Positions 52,855-64,000 of a stretch of DNA of 64,000 nt are shown here, in pieces. A program made the translations under genes and the position numbers. The notes below the pieces were generated by a model. It ran no database searches. It saw nothing but the letters and a program-made list of their open reading frames with translations, and was not told where the DNA came from. Position 1 is the first letter of the stretch; every line of letters starts with the position of its first letter. Source of the DNA: Fimicolochytrium jonesii. Taxonomy: Eukaryota. The DNA is taken from NCBI RefSeq assembly GCF_025526975.1, contig NW_026515691.1, positions 372,001-436,000 of the forward strand, in the 5' to 3' direction.

Positions 52855-53439
52855 CTGAATCCGCAGATCAAGACGGCGGAGAAGGCCCAGGAGGAGAACA
52901 AGTATGATGGCGACTCGTAAAGCAACCGCGCACCAAACGCCGAGCTGATGCGAGAAAGTGGGGGGTCTTGTCGCTATCATCATTGCACCCCCGGCGGCGC
53001 ATCCATCGTTGGCATCACAACCTCCAACACATGGATACTGTCCCGCTCCTCAAACGCCTGCCTCAGCACGCCCATGACATCTTTTTTCGCTTCCACGCGC
53101 CGCTGCAGCCTGAACTTGGGGTACTTGTCCTTGTCCTGCGGGACGGAGAAAGTAGGACAGCGACTGCGCGTAGGACCACATTGCGGTGCGGTTGTAGCTG
53201 CGCTCGGGGCTGTGGATGTAGCGTTCGATTGTATCTGGTGGGGAGGGGGGGGGGAGGGGGGGGGGGGAGAGAGAGAGAAGGAGGTGTTAGCATTTTTTTT
53301 TGCATACAATGAATTAGGCATGTCAAGCCCGAGATCAGCGGAAGTGAGGATGTTGCTTACATCCGTCGTTGTTGACGATGATGATCGGCGTCAGTTTGTG
53401 GCGAGGTACTGTACAGTATGTATCGCGAGCCGTTGGGTG
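52855..53439 (-). pseudogene. Duplicated 3' fragment of pyruvate decarboxylase
   Basis: Matches about 28000-28560 (FEERDSIHVLEVVMPTMDAP) with indels. It is 5' truncated and ends in a short patch matching about 28773-28820. Confidence 0.85.
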
Positions 53440-54022
53440 AAAGAAATGGACGCGAAAGTTGCAAAGTGACATCTGTGAGCATCTGTGACATACCGTTCAG
53501 CGGCTCTTGCTGCCCAACCTGCTGCCCAACAGCTGCAGTGATTATTCTCAGCAATACCCTCTAACCGTCTGTTACCCCTCCCCTCGTCTAGGTCGAAGTG
53601 GGCTCGCCAGTGTATCGAGTTCTGCACCGGGAACAACGGACCCGCACCATATCCGGATTTAGGCTTTAGACACCTGAGCCCAAAATGGGCACAAAGACCT
53701 TGGGTTCGGGTCTAGATGCCGACTCTCGCTTTTTCTTCCCAGTTTTCGGGAATGCTATATTCGGTCTTTTACCTTCTTGCTGGATACAGAGATGAGCGGT
53801 ATATATAGAGGGGGCGGGGAACGACGCCGGCCCTCCGGTTGTTCACAGCAAAGTCTGACACTCTATCTATCTACGAAACCTCTTCACGACTTCTGTTCGA
53901 CTGGACTGATTGATTCATCAAGGAGGAAAGCGATCTACAGCCTTCAATTACATTGAACCTTGGATATACGTCTAGGAATAATCACAACCACCACCACAAT
54001 CCTCAAATCAACTCCCACCCAA

Positions 54023-55420
54023 ATGGCGTCCCGGCCCCGCCTCAACGCCGACATCCTCCACCACCTCTTCACTCACTTCCTCACCCGCCGCGACCGCAGC
54101 GTCTGCGCTCAAGTCTGCCGCGCATGGGAACACATCGCGACGCCCATCCAGTGGCGCGCTCCCACCGTCTCCGTTTCCAATGTCGAGAGTATCGCTGATA
54201 TCCTCGGTCTGCAGTCAATAAATCACGTCGCTAGGAAATTCACGCGGTCGGTTTCACGAAGTCGTGGCGTGTCGCGATCCCGGGATTTGAACGCGAATAT
54301 GGGTGGGAATGGGAGGGATGCGGCGCGCGCGCGGTTCATTGTGAATCTGGTGAGGAGGTTGACGCTGAGGGTGGAATATACAGGCCCGGCGTGGGGCGTG
54401 TGGAGGGACGAGGCGAAATGTTGGGCCGAGTTTTGTGGGCGGTTGGAGCTGGTAATTAAGTGTTTGGGCGTTGTGAGGGATGCGGGCGTTTTGGAGCATG
54501 TGAGTACTGTTTTTTAGGTGTTCTTGGCGTTCCCTTTCCGCGACTGTGTCGCTAACACTCGTCGTTTCGGTCATCAGGTCCACCTCATCTTTAACATCCA
54601 CCTCGGCCACCTCAACCATACGTCCCCCATGCTCAACCACCTCGCCACCCTCCTGGATACCCTCTTCACCACCCACCTCGCCCTCCGCCACACCTCCCTC
54701 ACATCCCAGAACCCACGCCCACTCACCCTCCACCTAACCTACAACCTCCCCACTGCCCCTCTCCTGCAACCCCACATCCACAGTCTCTCATCCACACACT
54801 CCACCCACGCCGCGCACCTACACGCCCTCACAATCCACGGCGAGTGGGCGACGGAATCCGATCTCGTTGCCGTGCTCAGTTCCGCGGTGCCGCCGCCGTC
54901 GCATAGAAGGGGGTCGGAGTTTGAGCTGAATCTTGTGGGGTGTGTGGTGAGTGATGCGGTTTGGGAGGCGCTTGTGAGAGGGTTCAATGAGGGCGTGTTT
55001 GGCGTGGGAGATGGGTGGGCTGGGTCAGGTGTGGGTGAGGGGAGGAGGGGACGGAGGCAGAGGAGGAGGATGCGGAATCGGTCGGCTACGCCTGGTAGTG
55101 TGGAAGGGTCATCGTCAGCGTCATCATCATCTACCACTACGACAAACACGCTCACCCCACCATCCCCAACCTCCTCGTCATCATCCCCACCCGCACACCC
55201 ACCAACCCGCCGCCTCCGCCTCCTCACCATAGCCTCCTCAGCCCTCTCCAACCCACTCAATGCAACCCGCGCAATAGAGGTCCTCGCCGCCTGCGCCAAC
55301 TACGTCAGGTGTCTTGCCACCCCGCCCACCCCAAGGACGCCGGGCGGTGGGTCGTGTGCGAAGTTGGTGCCGTGGAGGGAGGAGGAGGGGGAGGTCGGGG
55401 TTGTGGGGATGGCGTTCTGA
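54023..55420 (+). CDS. F-box-like domain protein (intron about 54500-54577)
   Basis: RLNADILHHLFTHFLTRRDRSVCAQVCRAWEHIATPIQWR fits an F-box pattern. The 3' end is uncertain. Confidence 0.6.
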
Positions 55421-55995
55421 GCTGGTGTGGTTCGGAATTCCGGCGATCCGGCTTTCTTTGGGACTTGGGACTTTGGACTAGGGGTTCGGCGCCCGTTTTC
55501 TCAAGCACCCCCGCCCCACACACACACAGACGCACATACAGACCCGGAAAACACTCTCGGACACAGAAAAAGGTCAGAGCCCTCACATCCCCCCCCCATC
55601 CCCTTCCATCACATCGGGACGTTCAGATTCAGACACATTTAGAACTTAGACCATTTTAGTGTGGGTATCATTAGCCTTGAGCATTCGGACCGTTTTGGGG
55701 GATAGTGTGTGATTTTCTTTTTTGGGAAATATATCGGACATTGCAATCATTCTCGAGGTCTGTGTCCATTGTCCAAGGCTGTAATCCTTACGAGGCTATC
55801 TCCTTGCCACCTCAGAACGGATTCGGATGGTCGGCGTTGGGTATGGAATGTTTTGCTCACGATGGTATATAAATCTGGAGTTTTCCCATGTACGTACATA
55901 CAGATACGGATAGTTACACATGCAGATAGAAAACTCCTAAAACCGTCTGAAGTCTGTCCAAAAGTCTGGTATCGATGTCCTGAGTCCACCACCCC

Positions 55996-57060
55996 TCAAA
56001 ACGGCTTCTTCCTCAAAACCTCCCACATCTGCAACACACTCCCCAGCAAGAATGCCCACCCGCCATAAAAATTATTCACCCCACTCGCCGTCTCCCTCCA
56101 CCCCCAGCCCCCTGCCGCATCCTCCCAATACCCAAACACGCCACACAGCATAAACCCAACCGCACCCACAAGGTTCCACACCGCCACCTGCCACCCGAGC
56201 GTCCACACCGCGGTGAAGCCGACCTCTTTCATGTACACGAGGGAGGTGACGATGAAACCGAGCCCGCCGATGACTTGCGGGGTCCAGAAGATGAGCATCC
56301 GTGCGGTGTGGGAGAGGGTGAGGAGGCCGGTGATGACGGAGATGCCAAAGACGGTTGCAGCGAAGATTTGGATGAGGGAGGCGAGTGAGCCGAGCGAGTG
56401 CGGGTCGGGGCGCGGGAACCACGTGAGTTTGTAGCGGCGGGTGGTGGTGGGTGGGTCGCTGGGTTTCGTTGTCTCGTTGTGGGTTGGGTTGACTTTTCCC
56501 TGTTGTTGCTGCTGCTGTTGCGTTGCGTCACCCATGGACATAACCTCATGCCCGCCCTCGACATCGATCCCCCCATTCCTTGGTGGAGGCAGAGGATGAT
56601 CCGCATTCCCCGCCTCCACGACCGCCAAGCTCGCGCCAATCAAAAATAGCATCCCCCCACAAAACGCACTCCAGTTCATCACATCCACCGCCTTGCTGTC
56701 ATCGCCAACCATCTGGTCCGGCCACATGACATAGAACCCATTCACGATCCACGCGATGGAGCCAAGAACAAAGAACAGCGCGACGTGGAAGGATATGTTG
56801 TGCAGGAGGTCCCGGGTGACGTGGTGCCGGGTTTTGCGGTGCGTGCGCGAGGTGTAGGTGATGGAGGGGTGGGACAGGGGGTGTTGCGGGTGCGGGATAG
56901 TGATGTGGGTTTTGTAGGTGTGGTGGGAGGGGGATTTGGGGGTGGAAAAGGCGAGATGCGGGGATTGGGAGGGGACGTCGGAGTAGGTTTCGGTGTGCAG
57001 GGTGTGGGTGGAGGGCTGGCTGCCATTGGAGTCGGTTGTTGTTTGAGACATTGCGGGCAT
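55996..57060 (-). CDS. Multi-pass integral membrane protein with YrhK-like helical repeats, intronless
   Basis: About six hydrophobic helices: FFVLGSIAWIVNG, AFCGGMLFLIGASL, FWTPQVIGGLGFIVTSL, WNLVGAVGFMLCG, FYGGWAFLLGSVLQMWE. Confidence 0.7.
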   Translation of the reverse strand: MPAMSQTTTDSNGSQPSTHTLHTETYSDVPSQSPHLAFSTPKSPSHHTYKTHITIPHPQHPLSHPSITYTSRTHRKTRHHVTRDLLHNISFHVALFFVLGSIAWIVNGFYVMWPDQMVGDDSKAVDVMNWSAFCGGMLFLIGASLAVVEAGNADHPLPPPRNGGIDVEGGHEVMSMGDATQQQQQQQGKVNPTHNETTKPSDPPTTTRRYKLTWFPRPDPHSLGSLASLIQIFAATVFGISVITGLLTLSHTARMLIFWTPQVIGGLGFIVTSLVYMKEVGFTAVWTLGWQVAVWNLVGAVGFMLCGVFGYWEDAAGGWGWRETASGVNNFYGGWAFLLGSVLQMWEVLRKKPF

Positions 57061-57758
57061 TGTTCCGGGCCTATATATTGTATCCTGTCCTATGTGTCGT
57101 TGAGCGGTTTAACAGCGTTCTCCTCACTATCCAGCAGCCCAGCTGAAAAAAGAGTGGTCGTTGTGAGAGGCCGGGAATAGGAGCGAAATGTGTTATCAGC
57201 CCGTCTGCGAAAGCTGTGGGAAGGAGGGGGAGTTTCTGGGGAAGGAGGGAGGGGAAGGGGGCACGCCGTCCTATGTATGGTCCTTACGCCGTGGGAGTGT
57301 TTTCGAGACTCAAGTTCATGGGAGAAAAAAAGGGAAGCCCCCGGGGAAGGCATGGAAGAACGCGAGAGAAGCACGAATGACGCCGACGCGCCGATCGCCG
57401 AATGTTCCCAACTTGCTGTCAGTGTCACTCGGCCAGTCCCCGTATAAACACAACTAGAAAGGTCGACAGAACACACGTAGCACTCACGGTTGTTTCTGAG
57501 TAGGACCTTTTTCCCATCTGAACGTTGTGTATTGGGTAGGGGTTGCAGCAGAAGATACATCGAATACCACGGATCACAACAAGGGATAGGCTTTCTCGCG
57601 GGGAGCTTGGACATCGATATCATATCAGAGGGGATTGAGGACAACCCCAACTCTTCCCATCTACGAACGTGGATTCCTATCTCTCATCAGGATCTCCATC
57701 CCACATCCCCCCCCAGGAAGGTCCCGTTTTTTTTCCTCCCCACCCGGTCACAACATCT

Positions 57759-60700
57759 CTAATCCTCAAGCGGGTAGTCGAAAGGTGCAGGCGGCGCAGG
57801 CTCAGCTTCCTCATCCGGGTGAGCATTCGCAGCTGCTTGAGCTGCAGCTGTGATAAAGACGCCTAAGTTAACCAAAATCCATACCCTTGAAAGGGACCTC
57901 TCAAAACTCCCACTCAACACTTACCCAAATCCCGCACAGTAATAATATCCTCAACCTCCTCCGGTCGCTTATCCCACAACAGCAAAATGCCCCCAACAAT
58001 CTGGTTCTTGACAGACACATACCGCGTGTCCGACTTGAACTTGATATACTTCAATTGCGCAGGCACAACGCGCGCCATGTTGTCCAGCACTTCGAAGGGG
58101 TCTTCTTTCGTGCGCTTCTTGCGCTTCTCGGTGGGTGTCGTGGCTGTCGCTTCGTCTCCTTTCTTAGTACCAACGTCTTTGCTCTCTTTCGCAGTTGTAG
58201 TTTGAGGTGCGACAGGCTCCTTGTCATCAGTCTCCATCGCATCGGGTCCTTTCGAACTCTCCCTCCTCTGCGCATCCACCTTCTTCGCCCTCGCCGCCGC
58301 TTTCGCCGTAGTCGACAATACAGCAGTGGCGACCTTCTCCACCTTCTCCTCCGTCGGGGGTTTGGTCGGCGCCGGGTACGCAAACAACGAGGGTTTGGCG
58401 TTGGATAGGAACGTGAATTTGGGGATCTTGAGGTCCTTGTTGAGCCCGATGACCGCCGTGGGCGTGAAGGCTAAGCTGAGGAAGTGCGTGAGGGGGTACC
58501 AGTACCAGAATTGGGTGAAGACGGCCATCCCCACGATCGCGGACATATTGGGGTGGCCGGAGAGGGATTGCAGGGAGATTGTCACGTTGCGGCCACCTAC
58601 AACGTTCCGCGTAGAACTTCAGTTATCCTTCGTTCCCCAGACGCCAATCTCAGAGACTTTTACAAACCTGCATCGATGATCCCTTGGCCCAAAACCGCAC
58701 CAAATTTGGCCATTACATCCTCATGCTTGTTCGCAATAATCGTCTCAAACAACTTCCGCGTGGTCGCCACTTTCGGGCTCTGCACGTCGTTCTGCTGCAC
58801 CAGGATCATGGCCAAGGCAATCAGCGCGCCTTGCCGCACGTAGTCCACCGTGTCTTTTGTCATCGGTTCCAGGAGGTCTAGGGCTTCCTATGAAATGGGA
58901 AATGGAAATCATACGCATCAGTATACGCATCCCAGATACTACCGCTACTTGATCAACGCACCTTCAACCCAGTCCCAGCACAAGAAATCCCCAACGCTAA
59001 CGTCGCGCCATACCGCACATGCGGGTTATAACTCTCCGACAGCAGCTGCACCACTCTAGGAACTTGTTTCGGGGTCCTGAAGAGCAAGAATCCCAAAGCA
59101 GTGACGGCTGCGCGTCGAACGTCATCGTTGACATCGCTGACGGCAACGTGCAGGAGGCGGCGGATGGCCTTGTTGTTGCCGGTGCCGCTGTAGGCCATCG
59201 CCACGGTGTAGATGCCGCCGTATCGAAGAATGGGGTCCTAAGACATGCGAGTTCAGAGCCCAAGTTTCCACAAGAGGTTGACCATTCTCACCAATCATAC
59301 CTTATCAAGGCCTAACTGCTCAATTAGCGCATCAGCCTGCTCCTCGCGCCCATACATGATCATAGAGATCCCAATCGCCAACCCGCGAATAATCTTCTCG
59401 TGCTGAGTCTCGTGCGCGTACTGCAGCATCTCCTCAATCGCTTTGGAGGACGCCGTTCCCAGCATGACCAGACCCATAGCCAGTCCGGCGGCTTCGCCAG
59501 CGACGGCACTGTCGCTGAAGAGGATCGTCTTCAGGTCCTCGTATATTTCTGCGAGATGAGATTCAGTAGGGTAGCAAAAGATCGCGACATTGATTTCATG
59601 TCGTGGAATTCGGGGTACACACCATCATTAGCAGTAGCCATCCCAGCAACACCCAACCCCAGCGCCGCTCCATGTTGGACCACCTCCGTCTGCGTGTTCC
59701 GTAGCGAGTTTCGCAAGTATTCAATGACGCCGCTACCATGGTTGGTGTGGATGAGACCCATCGCGAAAAGGGCACCGCCTTCCGAGTACGATGAAGCAGA
59801 AACGCCTTCTCGTGGGAGGTACGGAGCTAAGAGAGCCATCCCTTGGGCTAATTGTCCCTGTGAATTCGTGGAAGAGATTGCCGTTGGGTGACGACTTCCA
59901 ATTTGGGGCAAAAAGCCTTTGTGATTCTCACCTTGTGAATGACACCCAAAGCAGCCGTTGCGCTGAACTTGGTCCAGTTGGTGGCTCTTGAAAGCCATTC
60001 CAGGTTCTGTCGGAGAAACTCGTCGCTGGTTGTTCCGGCGCTCATGAACGCGTTTGCGAACGTGATGGCCGAGTGATACACGGAGTTACGCGATTCAAGC
60101 GCGTCCTTTAGACGGAAGATTGTCAATCCTCAAGTCCATTGGCGTATTGTAAGTCTTCGGAGCCGCTGCAACACCCACCTTTGATTGCTTCAAGATCAAC
60201 AAGTCCGTCTTGTTATTCCGCGTCAAAAACTCGAGATACAGGCGAATCGACAACTCCCCAGACAGAATGGTGTGGATCTTGCTCAGCACGTCCGATTTCG
60301 GGCCCGCCTCGGTCTAATAAGCCGTGATGAAATTCGTTTAGCAGATTCCTAACATACAAAATCAAGTGTCCGGGAGGACCAACCTTCAGCAGAGGCGTCT
60401 TCTCGTCCGACCCAGCTGCTTCCCCAGACTCCTCCGACGAAGGTCCCAACCCCTGAATGATCTGTTGCAGGAAATCCTGGGTTGCGTTTTCTTCCAAGTC
60501 AAAGGCCACTTGGTAGGCAAGCATGTGATGTCGCTGCGGATTGATGAAATTAGTCGCCACACGACGCAGAACCCGGATTCTTCCAAGTCGTACCGCATCA
60601 TTCTGAGCAAGTGTCTGTAAAAGCTCACTGCACGATGGCGCATCGTTCAAATGAAGCAAACATTGACTGATCGAAATGTAATCAGGATCCGGGAGGTTTC

Positions 60701-61817
60701 TGTACAGCTTGACCATTAATCGCAACACCTACACGAATCAAGATTCGTGTCAATGACTTTCCGTTCTTCATTCTCTCGAAAATAACAATTTTTAGCGCGC
60801 ACCTCGTTACGGAACGAGAGATTTTGAACGATGTTCATGGTTGCATCCAGAAGGTATGACAGCAAAGACTGGGCGTCGCCTTTGTTGACCGCGGCTTCCA
60901 AGATGTCCAACCGCAACGTCTCTAACGCGATACCAACGGCCTAAGATCATGTATGTGTTAAGGAACATTGCATTGTGCTCCACATCGTGTTGCCGCCGAA
61001 CCTCTCTCCTCGAAACTCACCTGCTTGTACTCGCCATCATCAAAGCACCTCTGAAACATCCGCTGCACCACATCTTCCAAACGCTTATCCACCTTCGGAG
61101 CTGGAGTAGTAGGGTCGGCCGCGTGTTGCTCCACGCGCACAGCGATGTACTTGTCGATGCATTTGGCTGTTGTTATCATCAGTTACAGCGGTCCTTTCCC
61201 GGGGTTCCGTACTCCCACGGTATTTTTTTGCACGTCACATACCGATTATCGTTTCCACATACTCGCTCTTGGAGTTGAGGTCAAAGAGCTTTCCAGCGCC
61301 GAGAGCGAACGTCAGAGACTCGTCAAACTCTCCGAGGTGGTAGTAGACCTTCGAGAAAAAACGCTGGGAATCAGCAAAACACGCTTTCCCACGGTTACCA
61401 AAACGACGGTGGTCGGGATTCTCACCTTGGAGGCAACCAAGGCGGCAAGCTCGCGGTATTTGAATTGCTCGTCCTCGTAAAGAATCTCACTGTAGTAGTA
61501 TTATAGTGAGTAAAAGTGTCCGCGGGGAAGTAGGCGAATCCACGATTTTCCAGGAGTCAAGATCAGAAGGGGCCCCAAATCCCCGTCACATACATCTTTG
61601 AAACGGCGTCCGAGATTTCCGCCCAGAATTGGTCGACGATGCCGTCAAGCTTCTTCAGAGCATAGACCTTCAGCTCGTCCTCGTTCTCATCGAGGAGAGA
61701 TATGACACCAGCTGCGGGAAGACAAGTACATCAGAGTCGGCTTCAAACCCTATATGGCGTTCGTTCGCGTATGTCAAGATGGGCGTCTTTCGTACCAGCG
61801 GAGGTGAGGGCGACCAT
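57759..61817 (-). CDS. RPN2: 26S proteasome regulatory subunit Rpn2 (many exons)
   Basis: [73 protein letters not shown], and [10 protein letters not shown]. Confidence 0.97.
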
Positions 61818-62124
61818 GTTTCCCCTGCTCGATCGGTGTTATGTCTGCCAAAGGAATTCGGAGTAGCTAGCAGCGAGCAAGAAGAGACGAGTGCCAGCGA
61901 CGTTTAGAGTGAGTTTCGGGGAGGAAGCCGATGGTACAGAGTGCAAACTTCAACCGTTTGTTCAGCGTTGAGGGAAGAGGGGGCAAACGCGTCACCTACT
62001 ACGACTCAACGCTCTGAAGGCTCTGAAGGACGTTTTCGCACGGAATTGGGCATGTACAGTAGAAAGCATTAGAAGCTCAGCTGAACGCAGTCCGTCGACG
62101 ACAGCCACCAGGCCTCCACCAGCA

Positions 62125-62964
62125 ATGTCCGCCGACGTCAGGAAACTCCTCAAACAGGCCCGTGCAGCACGCTCGAACCCAACCTCCGCAACGGCTCGCA
62201 AATCGAACCCAACGCCTGTACGCCATGCCCCACCAAAAACAACAGTAAACTCACGAAAACGGCCACCAACAGAAACACCCGTCACCGCAACATCTTCATC
62301 ATTCGCCGCCACTCAGAAACATAGCGCTAAGCGGCGGAAAACTGAGGTGGCGGGATCGGAAGGTGGATCATTAGGGGACAGTGGGGGGGCGACGGCGACG
62401 GGGAACGAAGACGATTCTACGACGGAAACCGCAGTGCTCCCGCCAGGGTTCTTCGACACCACCTCCGATTCCCCATCACCACCTAAATCAGAGCACGAGG
62501 ATGCACCGCCCCCATTATCCGACTCCACCTCCGCCCCATCCGATCCTCCAGCCCTCCCCTCCAACTTCTTCGACACACCCACGCCCGCTGCCACCTTCCT
62601 CGCCGACTCAACTTTCAACGCCGAATATGAGGCCTTGAAAAAAGAGATCGAAGCTTCCACCGCCGACGCGCAGGATGCGGTGGTTGCGGAGGAGGAGGAG
62701 GAGGGTGTGGATCGCGATGAGGAGATGAAAAGGGAGCAGCGGGCTTTTGTGGGGAGGTTGGAGGAGTTGAGGAGGGTTAGGGAGGGGTTGGCGTTGGGGA
62801 AAATGGGAGCTGGTGTGGGTGGGAGTATAGTAGGGGCAGGGCCCGGGGGGAGGGAAGCGAAGGCAAGGAATGGGACGCAGACGATTGTGAGAAAGGCGTT
62901 TGAGGATGAGGATGTCGAGTATGCTTACGATGATGATGACGATGACGAGGAGGAGGATGCGTAG
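62125..62964 (+). CDS. ZNF830/CCDC16-like protein lacking the zinc finger
   Basis: DVRKLLKQ at the N-terminus, LPPGFFD and LPSNFFD motifs, EYEALKKEI, and an acidic tail. No Cys residues. Confidence 0.55.
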   Translation: MSADVRKLLKQARAARSNPTSATARKSNPTPVRHAPPKTTVNSRKRPPTETPVTATSSSFAATQKHSAKRRKTEVAGSEGGSLGDSGGATATGNEDDSTTETAVLPPGFFDTTSDSPSPPKSEHEDAPPPLSDSTSAPSDPPALPSNFFDTPTPAATFLADSTFNAEYEALKKEIEASTADAQDAVVAEEEEEGVDRDEEMKREQRAFVGRLEELRRVREGLALGKMGAGVGGSIVGAGPGGREAKARNGTQTIVRKAFEDEDVEYAYDDDDDDEEEDA

Positions 62965-63572
62965 GAATTGAGAAAGGAATCGGGATGCAACATGCTCATG
63001 CTATGGTTGTAAACCCGACTCCTGTCGTTCAATTCGGCATGGGACACGGCCCTAACACACCCCTCGGAATCCTGTACCTACAATGGGCTTCTGAAGATGA
63101 ATATGATCTATGTGGGGTACGCGGACAAGCCGTGAGGCTTATCCCATCAAATCATGCTGATACACAATTATCGAGAATGCGAGCTAGATTGAAAGTTGGT
63201 GCAGTGTGTGGATGCAGATACGATAGATATGTATATACAGAGGAAATGATGCTAGCGCAGCGACGAAAATCCGCCTTCCAGAACCCCCTCCCTAACAACC
63301 ATCGCTGCGAGGGTAGCGATACGCCAAGCATGAACGTATCTGAAGAGATTCCTGTCGCTCAACACCCCCGCCGTTTCTGTGCCCTCGATCCAAGCTCAGC
63401 CCATTCCATCCCGTCCCCATTCTCTCTTGGTCTATCCCTAACGCCCCGGTGGTGGACAAAACCGAACAGAGCTGAATACACTCCGCCTCCCCAATTCACA
63501 AGTTCCGTCGGATGGTCGTTGCAAGTCAGGGAAAGGATCGCAAGGCGTGACGTTATCTTTTCGGGTGTTTGT

Positions 63573-63810
63573 TTAAGCGGCAAGAGGCGAGATCAGACGC
63601 AGGAAGTTGGGGCGGGGGGATGAGCGGGTGAAGCCTGCGGTAGGACGAACATATATCAGAATTAGCATTGGCATTGCAGTCGAGGGAACTCTGGTGTGAT
63701 TTGCAAGAACACTTACCAAGGTAGAGGATAAGCGGAATGTAACCGATATGGACGACCTTGCGGCCCCAGTTGAGGACCTTCATGATGCGGTCGCGGGTTT
63801 CTTCGTGCAT
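63573..63810 (-). CDS. TOM7: Mitochondrial import receptor subunit Tom7 (1 intron)
   Basis: MHEETRDRIMKVLNWGRKVVHIGYIPLILYLG|FTRSSPRPNFLRLISPLAA. Confidence 0.92.
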
Positions 63811-64000
63811 ATTGGCGGGGGTTGCGGTTGTCAAGAGGGTGGTGAGGGTGGTGAGGGTGGGTGGAGATGGAAAAAGGTCGGGGGTTGAAGTCGACAACTT
63901 GGCGGAACCTCGGTCTGCTCCCTGCCACCCTGGCCTCTTCGCACTTTCTGAGTTCTCGCCTGTCCGATTTTCCCGTTTTTCACACTTCGCCCACCTCACA

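Noticed and set aside
53620..53720. GACCCG/CGGGTC motifs beside the duplication as transposon subterminal repeats
   Set aside because: Too short and too few. No terminal inverted repeat or target-site duplication was found.

Overview
Gene-dense, intron-containing eukaryotic DNA with short GT-AG introns. A fungal-type APSES/KilA-N transcription factor occurs alongside cilium/centriole genes (FAM161-like, ARMC3, EFCAB11-like, possibly SPICE1-like), which points to a zoosporic fungus, probably a chytrid (inference). About 27 genes are supported, mostly housekeeping: TFIIIA, CCDC25, 3-ketoacyl-CoA reductase, GGTase-I beta, PRELI/Ups, Spc25, RNase H2C, pyruvate decarboxylase, a DysF peroxin, Rpc17, Esa1, Yme1, LAMTOR3, Rpn2 and Tom7. 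The most notable observations are: (1) an intact, intronless bacterial-type GlgX isoamylase (GH13_11) among fungal genes, a horizontal-transfer candidate with a possible added regulatory tail; (2) a decayed ~1.4 kb duplicate of the RNase H2C + PDC 3' locus 25 kb downstream, with several CpG transitions; (3) a mini-hairpin-rich insert in a PDC intron; (4) an Rpc17 gene missing its central segment; (5) an ankyrin-less Swi4/Mbp1-type APSES protein; (6) alternating C-rich and G-rich blocks running through coding sequence. No tRNA, rRNA, CRISPR array or autonomous transposon could be supported. All family assignments come from motif recognition, not database searches, and exon boundaries were read by eye.
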